DNA from: Gemmatimonadota bacterium
GTDB lineage: Bacteria; Latescibacterota; UBA2968; UBA8231
Direction: 5' to 3'
Length of the DNA: 56,412 bases
Assembly: GCA_038153405.1 (NCBI GenBank)
Contig: JAYOYH010000030.1
Location: 1 to 56,412, forward strand
Shown here: positions 17,710 to 27,462 of the stretch, piece after piece
How the letters are laid out: every line of letters starts with the position of its first letter
Position numbering within the stretch: the first letter of the stretch is position 1
Translations under genes and position numbers: made by a program
Notes under the pieces: model-generated
What the model was told of the DNA's origin: nothing
Seen by the model: only the letters and a program-made list of their open reading frames with translations
Databases searched by the model: none

Positions 17710-18558
17710 ATGAGCAATAAGAGCTTTCGCGATATGACGCCGCGCACGATGCCAGACAGAGATATGCTAGCGGCCATGGAGCGCGATCTAGCCTTTAAAC
17801 CGGGCGACCCCCTGCGCGCGCGCGCACTCACCTCCGACCAGATCGAGCAGTACAACCGCGACGGCTATCTCCTGCCCTTTCGCCGTTCCGAAGCACCGGA
17901 ATCGGCCGAGCTCAGCGCCTATTTCGACCAGCTCTTAGAGGAAGTACACGCAGCCGGTGCCGATAGCTATTCGATTATCTCCGGCCACGTCAAGCACGCA
18001 CGCATTTACGACATCGCCTGCGACGAGCGCATCCTGCGCTACGTGCGCGACTTGATCGGCGACGACGTCGTCTGCTGGGGGGCGCACTTCTTCTGCAAAA
18101 TGCCCGGCGACGGCAAGACGGTCTCTTGGCACCAGGACGCCTCCTACTGGCCGCTGACGCCTTCCAAAACCGTCACCTGCTGGCTGGCCATCGACAAGGC
18201 TGACGCCGAAAACGCCTGCATGCAGTTCATACCGGGTTCGCACGCCCAGGGACATCTCGAATACCGCACCAGCGAAGCCAACGAGAACAACGTGCTCAAC
18301 CAAACCGTCGACGACGCCGAGCGCTTTGGCCAACCCGTCGACGTGGCCCTAGAGGCAGGAGAATTTTCCCTGCATAGCGACCTGCTGCTGCACGGCTCTG
18401 GCATCAACGCCTCCAATCGCCGCCGCGGCGGCTTGACGCTGCGCTACGCAGCAGCCGAAGTGCGCTCGCTGCTCAACTGGCAGAGCGAAGGCATCGTCGT
18501 CAGCGGCTCCGATCCGTCCGGCCACTGGGCCAATCCACCGCGGCCCGATACCGACTGA
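17710..18558 (+). CDS. PhyH family Fe(II)/2OG dioxygenase
   Basis: FFCKMPGDGKTVSWHQDASYWPL, TCWLAID...NACMQFIPGSH, LLHGSGIN...RR. Confidence 0.92.
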   Translation: MSNKSFRDMTPRTMPDRDMLAAMERDLAFKPGDPLRARALTSDQIEQYNRDGYLLPFRRSEAPESAELSAYFDQLLEEVHAAGADSYSIISGHVKHARIYDIACDERILRYVRDLIGDDVVCWGAHFFCKMPGDGKTVSWHQDASYWPLTPSKTVTCWLAIDKADAENACMQFIPGSHAQGHLEYRTSEANENNVLNQTVDDAERFGQPVDVALEAGEFSLHSDLLLHGSGINASNRRRGGLTLRYAAAEVRSLLNWQSEGIVVSGSDPSGHWANPPRPDTD

Positions 18559-18572
18559 TCAGAGCGATACGC

Positions 18573-19742
18573 CTAGCCGTTTAACGCGTGAGATAAGTGG
18601 GGCGTGAAGAGTTCGGGCTCCAGCAGAAACGAATCGTGGCCCTTCTCTGAGTGCACCGTAATGCGCATGTTGTAGACGCCCGCCTCTTTGAGCACGCGGG
18701 CCATTTCTTCCTGCTCTTCCGGATAGAAACACACGTCCGAATCAATGCTGAAGATCAGGTAGTTCTGCGCGCGGCAGCGGGCAAAGAGCGCCTCTAAGGA
18801 ATCCGCGCCCGCTTCGCGTAGTAGATCGAAGCGCTGCCACATATCGACGATGCGCACGTAGCTGTTGGCGTCAAAGCGTTCGATGAACTTGCGCCCCTGG
18901 TGCAGCATATAGGATTCCAGCGGATCGGCCAGCGGATACCAGGAAAACCGGTCCCCGTCGTCCTGCACTTTCTGGCGCGCCCGGTCCTCCATCGTATGCA
19001 AAGAAACGTAGGTTTTGTGGCTGATCATGCGCGCCAGCGCCAGACCCCGCTCGGGCGCAGGGCCGTCGTAGTAGTCTCCACCGCAAAAGTGCGGATCCTG
19101 TTCGATGGCGCAAATCTGCTCAAAGTTATGGATGCGCTGCAGCGGCTTGACGTCGAGGCTAGCGGCAATGGGAATGACGGTGCCCACCCGCTCGGGGTAG
19201 CGCGTGGCCAAACTCATGCACATCAGGCCACCCAGCGAGGCGCCGATCACCGCATGCAACCTCTCAATGCCCAGATGATCTAGCAGATGCATCTGCGTGT
19301 CGACGACGTCGGCTACGCGGATGTGCGGAAAGCGCGCGCCGTACGGACGTCCCGTTTGCGGGTCGATTGACGACGGGGCGGTAGAGCCGTAGCAGCCCCC
19401 CAAATAATTGGCGCACACCACGAAAAAGCGCTCCGTGTCGACCGCTTTGCCCGGACCGACAAAGCGGTCCCACCAGCCGACGCGACACTCTTCGTTCCAG
19501 CGCGCCCCCACGCCGGGCACGGCCGCCGTGTGCCCGGCGACGTGGTGGCTACCGGACAAGGCGTGGAAAATGAGGATGGCATTGTCGCGGTTGGCGCTGA
19601 GTTGGCCATGCGTCTCATAGGACAGCGTCACCGGCCCAAGCGTTTCGCCGCTGCGCAGCACGAGGGGCTCTTGGCAAGCAAAAGTGTGGAGTCGGGTCTC
19701 AACGGACCCGACTCCACGCTCATCGCTTTGCAGAAAGGGCAA
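18573..19742 (-). CDS. metX: Homoserine O-acetyltransferase (MetX family)
   Basis: HALSG, GWWD..VGPGKAVDT, NYLGGCYGST, nucleophile IGASLGG, FDANSY, GHDSFL; probable TTG start at 19742, just downstream of metY. Confidence 0.9.
   Translation of the reverse strand: MPFLQSDERGVGSVETRLHTFACQEPLVLRSGETLGPVTLSYETHGQLSANRDNAILIFHALSGSHHVAGHTAAVPGVGARWNEECRVGWWDRFVGPGKAVDTERFFVVCANYLGGCYGSTAPSSIDPQTGRPYGARFPHIRVADVVDTQMHLLDHLGIERLHAVIGASLGGLMCMSLATRYPERVGTVIPIAASLDVKPLQRIHNFEQICAIEQDPHFCGGDYYDGPAPERGLALARMISHKTYVSLHTMEDRARQKVQDDGDRFSWYPLADPLESYMLHQGRKFIERFDANSYVRIVDMWQRFDLLREAGADSLEALFARCRAQNYLIFSIDSDVCFYPEEQEEMARVLKEAGVYNMRITVHSEKGHDSFLLEPELFTPHLSHALNG
19686..19717. other. Perfect 13-bp inverted repeat inside the metX 5' coding region
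   Basis: GTGGAGTCGGGTC-tcaacg-GACCCGACTCCAC. Confidence 0.9.
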
Positions 19743-19749
19743 ACCCGCC

Positions 19750-21030
19750 TCAGGCCGTTGCTTTGGCCAGCGCCTGATCGATATCGGCGACCAAGTCGTC
19801 GGCGTTTTCCAAGCCAACCGAAAGGCGCACCAATTCGGGCGTAATACCACCGGCGCGCTGCTGCTCTTCACCCAGCTGCGAATGCGTGGTGGTCGACGGG
19901 TGGATGGCCAAGCTCTTGGCGTCGCCGACGTTGGCCAAATGCGAGAAGAGACCGAGCTCGTCGATAAACTTACTGCCGGCCGCCGCGCCGCCCTTGATGC
20001 CAAATACGACCATGGCGCCGCCCTTGCCGTCGAGGTACTTGTCGTTGAGTGCATAGGACGGATCGCCCTCCAATCCCGGATAGCGCACCCATTCGACCGC
20101 GCTGTGGCCCTGCAGATGCTTGGCCACGACCAAGGCATTGTCGCAGTGGCGATCCATGCGCAGCGGCAGCGTCTCAATACCCTGCAGGAACATCCAGGCG
20201 TTGTCGGGCGATATGCAGGCGCCCAGGTTGCGCAGCGGCACGACGCGCATGCGCAGGATAAAAGCCAGCGGACTCAGCGGACCCAGGTCGTGGGCCCAGC
20301 GCACACCGTGATAGCTGCCTTCCGGCTCAACCATCAGCGGAAACTTGTCCGACTGCCAGTTGAATTTGCCCGAGTCGACGACGACGCCGCCGATACCTGT
20401 GCCATGACCACCGAGCCACTTGGTCAGCGAGTGCACGACGATATCGGCACCGTGATCGATGGGACGCTGCAGATAGGGCGTGGTGAACGTGCTGTCGACG
20501 ACCAGCGGCAGCCCATGTGCATGCGCCACGTCGGCAATAGCCGAGATATCGGCAATATTGAGCGCCGGATTCCCCACTGTTTCGCAGTAGAGCATCTTCG
20601 TCTTGGGCGTAATCGCCTTGGCGAAGTTTTCCGGGTCTTTGGGGTCGACAAAGTGCGTCTTGATATTGAACTGCGGCAGAATATCGTTGAACTGCGTGTA
20701 GGTGCCGCCGTACAGATCATTGGCCGCAACGATTTCGTCGCCGGCCTGACACAGGTTGATTACGCTGTAGAAAATAGCACTCGTGCCCGAGGCTAGCGCC
20801 AGCGCGGCCATGCCCCCGTCGAGTGCGGCCACGCGCTGCTCCAGCACATCCTGCGTCGGATTCATGATGCGCGTGTAAATATTGCCGAGCTCCTTGAGGC
20901 CAAATAGATTGGCGGCGTGTTCGGTGTTTTTAAACACGTAGGAGCTCGTGCGATGAACGGGCACGCCGCGCGACAGCGTGGTCGGATCCGGCTCTTGGCC
21001 GGCGTGCAGGCAAAGCGTTTCAAATTTCAT
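19750..21030 (-). CDS. metY: O-acetylhomoserine aminocarboxypropyltransferase (sulfhydrylase)
   Basis: FETLCLHAGQ, GNIYTRIMNPT, PLP lysine in HSLTKWLGGHG, HLANVGDAKSLAIHPSTTTHSQL. Confidence 0.95.
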   Translation of the reverse strand: MKFETLCLHAGQEPDPTTLSRGVPVHRTSSYVFKNTEHAANLFGLKELGNIYTRIMNPTQDVLEQRVAALDGGMAALALASGTSAIFYSVINLCQAGDEIVAANDLYGGTYTQFNDILPQFNIKTHFVDPKDPENFAKAITPKTKMLYCETVGNPALNIADISAIADVAHAHGLPLVVDSTFTTPYLQRPIDHGADIVVHSLTKWLGGHGTGIGGVVVDSGKFNWQSDKFPLMVEPEGSYHGVRWAHDLGPLSPLAFILRMRVVPLRNLGACISPDNAWMFLQGIETLPLRMDRHCDNALVVAKHLQGHSAVEWVRYPGLEGDPSYALNDKYLDGKGGAMVVFGIKGGAAAGSKFIDELGLFSHLANVGDAKSLAIHPSTTTHSQLGEEQQRAGGITPELVRLSVGLENADDLVADIDQALAKATA

Positions 21031-21077
21031 GGGGTGAAGATCTCCTGTTATGCATGGGAAGAAATGCGTCAGGCTTT

Positions 21078-21105
21078 AAATTAAGATTTACGCGCACGCT
21101 GACAA
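21078..21105 (-). promoter_or_regulatory. Putative sigma70 promoter of metY-metX
   Basis: Minus strand TTGTCA-16 nt-TAATTT, about 47 nt upstream of the metY ATG; AGGAG RBS in the leader. Confidence 0.4.
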
Positions 21106-21171
21106 GTTCGCACCGTATTTAGCAGGAGAAAAACGCGAGCCACAGCCCCCACCCTACACTGGCGTCGCGCT

Positions 21172-23145
21172 CTACAGCGTAAACCAGTTGGCGTTGCCGC
21201 CCAGCGCATCCACCACCAGCCACAGGCCGGCCGCGCCAAACGCACCCAGCACCATGCCCAAGAAAAAGGGGCGCAGCATGCGATAGCCCTTAGCGCCGCC
21301 GTACTTCAGAATAACGGCCTTGAGCAACCAGGCGATAAAGACGGAAAACCAAATCTGACTGATGGGATACGTATAGCCCAAAGCCAGGCCAATTGGGTGA
21401 ATGGGAAAGCCGACAAAGCGCGCCTTGAGATAGGTGAGGGCGGCCATTAGCGCGCCGCCTATGCCCGTGTAGACCAGATGCCAGCCGTAGACGCCCTCCG
21501 GATTGAGCATATTATGGGCAATCCAATTGCCCGTCAGCTGGGTCAGACCGCCAAAGCCCCAGCCCCCCAGATTGATGCCGCCGTAGGTATAGGCGTGCGT
21601 CATCACCGCCCACGTCGCCGAAACGAGCGTGACCAAAATAGCCAAGACGATGGCGACAAAGAGGCGCCTGGACTCCAATCGAGTTACCTCGGCAATTTTT
21701 AGCCCCGTCGCCGCCGAGGCCATAACAAAGGTCCGCAGGTCAGCTGACCAGGGAAAGTTCATCCCCAACGCCGTCAGACCACTCGCCCCCAGCGCTCCAG
21801 GCCCCAGCGCCGTGACGATAAAAACGGGCGGCGCCACGGGCGATACGCCGTAGGCCAAACCTGCCTGCGAAACAATGCGTGCCAGACCGATAAAGGTCAC
21901 CATGCACAGCAGGTAGTAGCAGAGCGCGCTGCCATAGCCCAAACCCGTTTGCGCCAGCCAGACGACAGCGACCATCGACGCTAGCAGAAAGCCGAACACC
22001 GCCGTGCGATACGACAGCATCTCACCGCTGTCGTCGATGGGCTGACCGCGGCCAAACGCCGTGCGCACGACGGCGGCCAGATGCCGACGGGCCGACCACA
22101 GGCTAGAGCACACCAGAAAGAACATCGCGCCCTGCGCCAAATGCGCCACGCTCGCCGTAGCCGGCAGCGAATAGGGCTGGCCGGGGCCAATGCTCCAACC
22201 CAGCATGCGCTCGACGCCCGAGTGCAGTATGGCCGCAAAAGCGAAGAACCACACGCCAAAGGAAACGTCCAAGCTCAACAAGTACGACAGACCAATCACC
22301 TCGAAGCGCGGGCGCAGGTTGAGTCCGATCGCATCGCGCAAAAAGCGCACGTAGGTATTGAGCTCGACAAAGGGGAAAAAGCTGAAATACGAGTGCAGGC
22401 CGTTGATGCCATAGATGATAAAGGGCAGGGCAAAGCCGATCCACGTCAAATAGTTGCGCAGCAGCGGCGGCAGCCATTTGCCCGGCTCCTGCCGACCTAG
22501 TTCGATCGGCAACGTCGCCAGCGGAAAGAGCAGGCGCTCGTTGTCCATCCACTGTTTGCGCAGCATCACCAACATACACAGCGTGGCAAAGTAGATGCTT
22601 AAGATAAAGAAGAACCACGCGCGCAGCGGCGGCAGCCACAGGCCCCAGGGCACCCGCTCACCTTGGCCCGCTCCCTCAAAGAGCTTCCGTATCGCCGCGC
22701 GGTCCTGCGCCACTAGCCAGTCGGCCACGTGCGGATGAATGATATTAGCCCAATCGTTTTCCGGCGTCGCGTAGTAGAACAAACCGCCCAGAAAGGGAAT
22801 CAGGTTCATCACGAATCCCCACGATGGGATCGCCGCAGCAACGATCATCATGATGTAGATCGTCGCCAGTTCGCGGCTGTGCAAATGCGAACCGGTCAAC
22901 AATCGAGCAAGCGGGTTGAGTATCAGGGTTAAGAGGAAAAACACAACGAGCGCCGCGCCCGTGGAGTAGTCGGCAGCCATGGCCGATCCGCGCACTACGA
23001 GCACGCCATAGGATTCGCCCAGAGAAATGGCCGTACAGCAGAGTAATCCGATGCCAACGGCCCTAGGTGACACCCCGTATTGTCGAGGCGGTTGCAGGGG
23101 CGGGCGATCGCGGGTAGAAAGCGTGCTAGTGTCCATCGCAGGCAA
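21172..23145 (-). CDS. DUF6785/DUF6784-type polytopic membrane protein (putative peptide transporter)
   Basis: Many TM helices; LRKQWMDNERLLFPL and C-terminal FPIHPIG...W..K..ILKYGG...Y...RPFFLG; start TTG 23145 or ATG 23136. Confidence 0.75.
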   Translation of the reverse strand: MPAMDTSTLSTRDRPPLQPPRQYGVSPRAVGIGLLCCTAISLGESYGVLVVRGSAMAADYSTGAALVVFFLLTLILNPLARLLTGSHLHSRELATIYIMMIVAAAIPSWGFVMNLIPFLGGLFYYATPENDWANIIHPHVADWLVAQDRAAIRKLFEGAGQGERVPWGLWLPPLRAWFFFILSIYFATLCMLVMLRKQWMDNERLLFPLATLPIELGRQEPGKWLPPLLRNYLTWIGFALPFIIYGINGLHSYFSFFPFVELNTYVRFLRDAIGLNLRPRFEVIGLSYLLSLDVSFGVWFFAFAAILHSGVERMLGWSIGPGQPYSLPATASVAHLAQGAMFFLVCSSLWSARRHLAAVVRTAFGRGQPIDDSGEMLSYRTAVFGFLLASMVAVVWLAQTGLGYGSALCYYLLCMVTFIGLARIVSQAGLAYGVSPVAPPVFIVTALGPGALGASGLTALGMNFPWSADLRTFVMASAATGLKIAEVTRLESRRLFVAIVLAILVTLVSATWAVMTHAYTYGGINLGGWGFGGLTQLTGNWIAHNMLNPEGVYGWHLVYTGIGGALMAALTYLKARFVGFPIHPIGLALGYTYPISQIWFSVFIAWLLKAVILKYGGAKGYRMLRPFFLGMVLGAFGAAGLWLVVDALGGNANWFTL

Positions 23146-23169
23146 GTATATCGCCCTCCCCTACCGGTG

Positions 23170-23220
23170 GCAATACGGGTTCCTAGGCGCTGGCCAACGC
23201 CTAGGAACTCGTCCTATTGC
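23170..23220. other. Long intergenic hairpin in a divergent promoter region
   Basis: GCAATA-CGGGTTCCTAGGCG-(8 nt)-CGCCTAGGAACTCG-tcc-TATTGC. Confidence 0.7.
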
Positions 23221-23305
23221 TGGCGTGCACCTGGTGCTTTGCCTTTACTATGCACGATTTTACATCCCTCACAGTTGAACTATACACCGCGCGGAGGAAT
23301 GCGGC

Positions 23306-24103
23306 ATGCTCGACATCGAATTGGTTCCCTGCCACGACCTACAGCGCGCCTGTCAGCTGTTTGCGCGCGACGGCTTTGTCGCCCTGAGCGGCACGCTCAG
23401 CCCAGAGCAGTTGGCCTTTGCCCAGGCCGGCGCTCAGCGCGTCGTTGCCGAGCAGCAGCGCGCCACGCCCTTTGAGATGGCCAATCGCGGCTATGCGCGC
23501 TACTCCTTTGGACAACAAATCCACCATCCCGAATGGGCCATGCTCGTCGATCTACCCACCGTGCTGCCCGTGCTCGACGCCCTCTGGGACAGCCAGGACT
23601 ATACGTGCTCTGGCGCCGGCGGCGATTATTCTCACCCCGGTGCCAACATCCAGCACCTGCACTCCGATGTCAACGACGTGATCGCCGATCCGCTAGGACA
23701 GGTCAATATCTACGATCTGCCGGCGCCCTTTATCGTCATCAACTTCCTAATGACGGACTTTACAGTGCAAAATGGCGCCATCCGCTTTGTGCCCGGCACG
23801 CAGCGCACGCGGGTGCGGCCGCCCGCCCTGGAAGACGAGCCCGAGCACTGGAAAACCGCAACCATCTGCGCGCCGGCTGGAACGGCCATCGTGCGCGATG
23901 TCCGCACCTGGCACGGCGGCACGGCCAACAACGCCCATGCCCCGCGCATTATGACTAGCACCGGCTATTTTGCCCCGTGGTTTCGCCGCGGCGGGTCGGA
24001 TGACGCGCTGCCGGTCGAGCGCTACAACGCCTTGTCGGAGCGAGGCAAGGCGCTGTGTCGCTATATCGTCGACTGGCGGGGAGCCATCGAAACGGCGCGC
24101 TAG
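23306..24103 (+). CDS. PhyH family Fe(II)/2OG dioxygenase
   Basis: FARDGFV, QHLHSD, DFTVQNGAIRFVPGT, TWHGGTAN...R; GGAGG RBS. Confidence 0.88.
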   Translation: MLDIELVPCHDLQRACQLFARDGFVALSGTLSPEQLAFAQAGAQRVVAEQQRATPFEMANRGYARYSFGQQIHHPEWAMLVDLPTVLPVLDALWDSQDYTCSGAGGDYSHPGANIQHLHSDVNDVIADPLGQVNIYDLPAPFIVINFLMTDFTVQNGAIRFVPGTQRTRVRPPALEDEPEHWKTATICAPAGTAIVRDVRTWHGGTANNAHAPRIMTSTGYFAPWFRRGGSDDALPVERYNALSERGKALCRYIVDWRGAIETAR

Positions 24104-25335
24104 GGCCGCACGGGCGTACCGTCGGGCAGCCGAGCCGGTTCGCCGCGCCCGGCCCGTTCGGCCAGGGGAAAGCGCGCCGCCATACCCTCGTCGATATCAA
24201 TGCCCAATCCGGGCTTATCGTTCGGATACATATAGCCGTTGCGCACTTCGGGCAAGCCGGGAAACATATCGTAAGAGCGCTGGTTGAGCATGGCCCCCTG
24301 CGGATTGCGACGCGCCAGCTCGGGCCGGTACCATTCCTGCACGCCGAAATTGGGCGCCCACAGATCCAGATGCAGATTGGCCGCGTGTCCCACCGGCGAC
24401 GTATCGCCCGGTCCGTGCCAGGCCGTGCGAATGCCGTACATATTGGCCACCGCCGCCACGTGCCGAGCCGGCGTAATGCCGCCCATCTGCGAGACGTGCA
24501 TGCGCAAGAAGTCGATCAGCCGCCCCTCGATCAGCGGCTGCCACTCGCGCGGATTGTTGAACAACTCGCCCATGGCAATCGGCGTGGCGCAGCTCTGGCG
24601 AATATTCTTAAACCATTCCAGATCTTCCGGCGCCAGCGGATCTTCTAAGAAATACAGCTTGAACTGCTCAACGTCGCGCGCAAAGCCCACCGCCTCAATC
24701 GGCGTCAATCGCTCGTGCACGTCGTGCAGCAGCTCCACGTCATCGCCCACTTCTTTGCGCACGCATTCAAACATTTCGAGCGCGGCCCGCATATACTGCT
24801 TGCGATCGAAGTAGTGGCCTTCCGGCGCTCCCTCGGGCTTAACTATATCACCGGCCAAGCCGCCATATCCGCCCAGCTGCACGCGGATGTAGCGATAGCC
24901 CTGTTCCTGCACCTGACGCACGCAGTCGGCCACTTCCTGCGGCGTGTTGCCGTCGGCGTGCGCGTAACAAGCGGCCCCTTCGCGGCACTTGCCGCCCAGC
25001 AGCTGATACACCGGCATATTCGCGCGCTTGCCCTTTATATCCCACAGCGCTTGATCTACGCCGGAAATGGCGTTGTTGAGCACCGGTCCGTTGCGCCAGT
25101 AGCTGTTGACCATGGCCATCTGCCAGATCTGCTCAATTTCGTCGACGGCACGGCCCAGCAAAAACGGCTTGAGGTGCTCCTCTATCGCCGCGTGCACGGC
25201 GTGGATGCGCTGCGTAAAGGTCGCGCAGCCCAGTCCGTAGAGACCGTCGTCAGAAGTAATCACTTTGACGATGGCCAGCGGCGCACCCTCGGGTCGAGTG
25301 AGAATGGTCTTTATGTCTTTTATCGTAACAGGCAT
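24100..25335 (-). CDS. Enolase-superfamily acid-sugar dehydratase, ManD/RspA subgroup
   Basis: GLGCATFTQR, SYWRNGPVLNNAISGVDQALWDIKGK, LLHDVHERL, FLEDP, GELF, AWHGPGD. Confidence 0.88.
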   Translation of the reverse strand: MPVTIKDIKTILTRPEGAPLAIVKVITSDDGLYGLGCATFTQRIHAVHAAIEEHLKPFLLGRAVDEIEQIWQMAMVNSYWRNGPVLNNAISGVDQALWDIKGKRANMPVYQLLGGKCREGAACYAHADGNTPQEVADCVRQVQEQGYRYIRVQLGGYGGLAGDIVKPEGAPEGHYFDRKQYMRAALEMFECVRKEVGDDVELLHDVHERLTPIEAVGFARDVEQFKLYFLEDPLAPEDLEWFKNIRQSCATPIAMGELFNNPREWQPLIEGRLIDFLRMHVSQMGGITPARHVAAVANMYGIRTAWHGPGDTSPVGHAANLHLDLWAPNFGVQEWYRPELARRNPQGAMLNQRSYDMFPGLPEVRNGYMYPNDKPGLGIDIDEGMAARFPLAERAGRGEPARLPDGTPVRP

Positions 25336-25470
25336 CGCTGTGCTCCCATATATTTTAGGCGGTGCGCAACTGTATACACGGCATGGAATGTAGGCGGAGG
25401 CGCTCTACCTTCCAAGCGGCGTGGGCGCGACGGTGCATATTTTTTATCTTTGCCAGCAGGAGGAGGAACT

Positions 25471-26595
25471 ATGAAAATAACGCACGTTGGCACGCTGCTC
25501 CTGCAACCCTTTCCCTGGGTGTTGGTGCGCGTCAAAACCGATAGTGGCTTGGTCGGCCTCGGCGAGGCCTATCACGGCGCGGGCGTCCATCAAATCGCCG
25601 TAGACCCGCGCCTTACGCGCGCGCTCATCGGCCAGGACCCGCTCAACGTCGACAAGCTCTTTCGCGATATGATGCGCTCCATGTCGGCATCCGGCTACTA
25701 CCAAGGAGCCGTCATGAGCGCAATCAGCGGCATCGAGATGGCGCTTTGGGACATCGCTGGACAGGCGCTTGGCTGTCCGATCTGGCAGCTGCTCGGCGGC
25801 CGCTTTCGCGACAAAATCCGCGTCTACAACGACTGCCACGCCGGAGACGACGAAACGCCACAGGCCTACGCGCAAAAGGCCAAAGAAGTCGAAGCGCGCG
25901 GCTTCTCGGCGATCAAATTTGACATCGATCCACTGCCCGACCGCCGCGATCCTTACAATCGCTGCATCAGCAACGACCACATTCACCACTACGTCGAGAT
26001 CGTTACCGCCATCCGCGAGGCCCTCGACCGCAACACGGATTTGGCGATCGATGCCCACTGGGCTTACGCGCCGGTGGATATTATCAAAGTGGCGCAGGCC
26101 TTCGAAAGCCTGGACTTGCTGTGGCTGGAAGATCCGGTGCCAGCCGAAAACGTCGAGGCGATGAAAAAGGTGAAAGAGGCCTCGCGCACGCCGATCTGCA
26201 CCGGCGAAAACTTCTATACGCGCTTTGGCTTTCGCGAGCTCATTCACACGCAGGCCGCCGACATCGTCTCTCCCGACATGGCCAAGGCCGGCGGATTGGC
26301 CGAAGGCAAGCGCATCGCCGAAATGGCCGACCTCTACTACATGCCGCTGGCTCCACACAATATCTGCGGACCGGTCGGCACCTTCGCCATGACGCACGTC
26401 TGCGCCGCCGTGCCCAATTTTCTGGCGCTGGAGTTTCACCATTTGGACAACGCCGTGTGGGAAAATCTAGTAGTAGAAGGACCACTGATTGAAGACGGCC
26501 ACATCGCCACGGGAGAAAAGCCCGGCCTAGGGCTGACTCTGAACGAAGACGTGGCCAGGGAAAACGCCGTCGATATACTGGGGTTTTTCGACTGA
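25471..26595 (+). CDS. Mandelate racemase/muconate lactonizing enzyme family dehydratase
   Basis: AGGAGG RBS and ATG at 25471; SAISGIEMALWD, AIKFD, AIDAH, WLEDP, TGEN, APHN, LEF. Confidence 0.9.
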   Translation: MKITHVGTLLLQPFPWVLVRVKTDSGLVGLGEAYHGAGVHQIAVDPRLTRALIGQDPLNVDKLFRDMMRSMSASGYYQGAVMSAISGIEMALWDIAGQALGCPIWQLLGGRFRDKIRVYNDCHAGDDETPQAYAQKAKEVEARGFSAIKFDIDPLPDRRDPYNRCISNDHIHHYVEIVTAIREALDRNTDLAIDAHWAYAPVDIIKVAQAFESLDLLWLEDPVPAENVEAMKKVKEASRTPICTGENFYTRFGFRELIHTQAADIVSPDMAKAGGLAEGKRIAEMADLYYMPLAPHNICGPVGTFAMTHVCAAVPNFLALEFHHLDNAVWENLVVEGPLIEDGHIATGEKPGLGLTLNEDVARENAVDILGFFD

Positions 26596-26598
26596 GAT

Positions 26599-26630
26599 AG
26601 CGGGGCGTTCCGCGCACGGAGCGCCCCGCT
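26599..26630. terminator. GC-rich hairpin between convergent genes (probable terminator)
   Basis: AGCGGGGCGTTCCG-cgca-CGGAGCGCCCCGCT, 14-bp stem with one G-U pair; no clear U-tract. Confidence 0.55.
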
Positions 26631-26636
26631 GCGGAT

Positions 26637-27455
26637 TTAGCGCGCGCTCAGGTCGTCGCCCAAATCCGCCGCGTCGAACTGGCCCTTCTCAGCCGATACG
26701 GTGACGACCAGCAGTTCGAGCGGTTCGGCGCCGCTGTTATAGAGCCCGTGGGAACCGCCGAGGCGGTTGGGCAGCGCATCCCACGGACTCACGTCGGCCG
26801 TCTCGCCGTCGACCGTCATACGACCGCGGCCAGCCAGCAGGATATAGCACTCCTCGACGCCGTCGTGGCGATGGTAGCCAATGCTCGTATCCGGCGGCAG
26901 CAGGTAGTGCGTCAGCGCGTAGAAGTTGCTGCGAAAATCGGCCGGTCCCCACAGCTGGCGGCACCCAACCTCGCCCTTGCCTCCGCGTACCTGCCCGTAC
27001 TTCAGGGCGCTGCGATCGAGGCGTCCCAGTGGAATCCTATCGGTGGATTCCAGTTCGGCGTTGGCCCGGTCGTCGCCCAAATCCGTCGTCTTGGGCGTGC
27101 CACCGGGCACCGCGCAGTGCACATTAAACCAGCGCGTTTCGCGCTCCGTATGGTTGTATATGGCGTGGATCTCACCCGAGCGCAGGGGCACCGTCGCGCC
27201 CCCTTCTACGCTGGCCGTGCGGCCGTTGTGCGTAAACTGCGCGGCGTTATCTACCGTAATGAAAATCTCTTCGCAGTCGTCGTGGCGGTGGTAACCGATG
27301 CCCGTATCCGGTAGTAAAACTGCACAGTGGACAAAGGCAAAGGGCGTCTCGAAATCGGCCCGGTCCCACAGCGAGTTAAAGAGAATGCTACCCGCGCCGC
27401 CGTGCACGCCGGACAGCGACTTCATCTCATCTCTATTGGCTTTTTTCACCCGCAT
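26637..27455 (-). CDS. Bicupin protein (two tandem TM1287-like cupin domains)
   Basis: Duplicated motifs IGYHRHDDCEE / IGYHRHDGVEE, HAIYN / HGLYN and DLGDD / DLGDD. Confidence 0.85.
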   Translation of the reverse strand: MRVKKANRDEMKSLSGVHGGAGSILFNSLWDRADFETPFAFVHCAVLLPDTGIGYHRHDDCEEIFITVDNAAQFTHNGRTASVEGGATVPLRSGEIHAIYNHTERETRWFNVHCAVPGGTPKTTDLGDDRANAELESTDRIPLGRLDRSALKYGQVRGGKGEVGCRQLWGPADFRSNFYALTHYLLPPDTSIGYHRHDGVEECYILLAGRGRMTVDGETADVSPWDALPNRLGGSHGLYNSGAEPLELLVVTVSAEKGQFDAADLGDDLSAR

Positions 27456-27462
27456 GGTGTCC

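Noticed and set aside
17710..18558. SyrB2-like halogenase among the PhyH genes
   Set aside because: All five retain HxD rather than the HxA/G of halogenases
18573..20177. 534-aa MetX or a MetY-MetX fusion
   Set aside because: The extension overlaps metY in another frame; metY has its own stop at 19750
21031..21171. SAM riboswitch upstream of metY
   Set aside because: No SAM-I, SAM-II/V or SAM-SAH consensus recognisable on the coding strand, and the predicted leader is short; an Infernal search would be decisive
24715..25470. Long N-terminal extensions in the ORF track (also at 2876-3547, 12555-13061, 31387-31575 and 46013-46273)
   Set aside because: They overlap real genes or promoter regions; homology motifs and RBSs point to downstream starts
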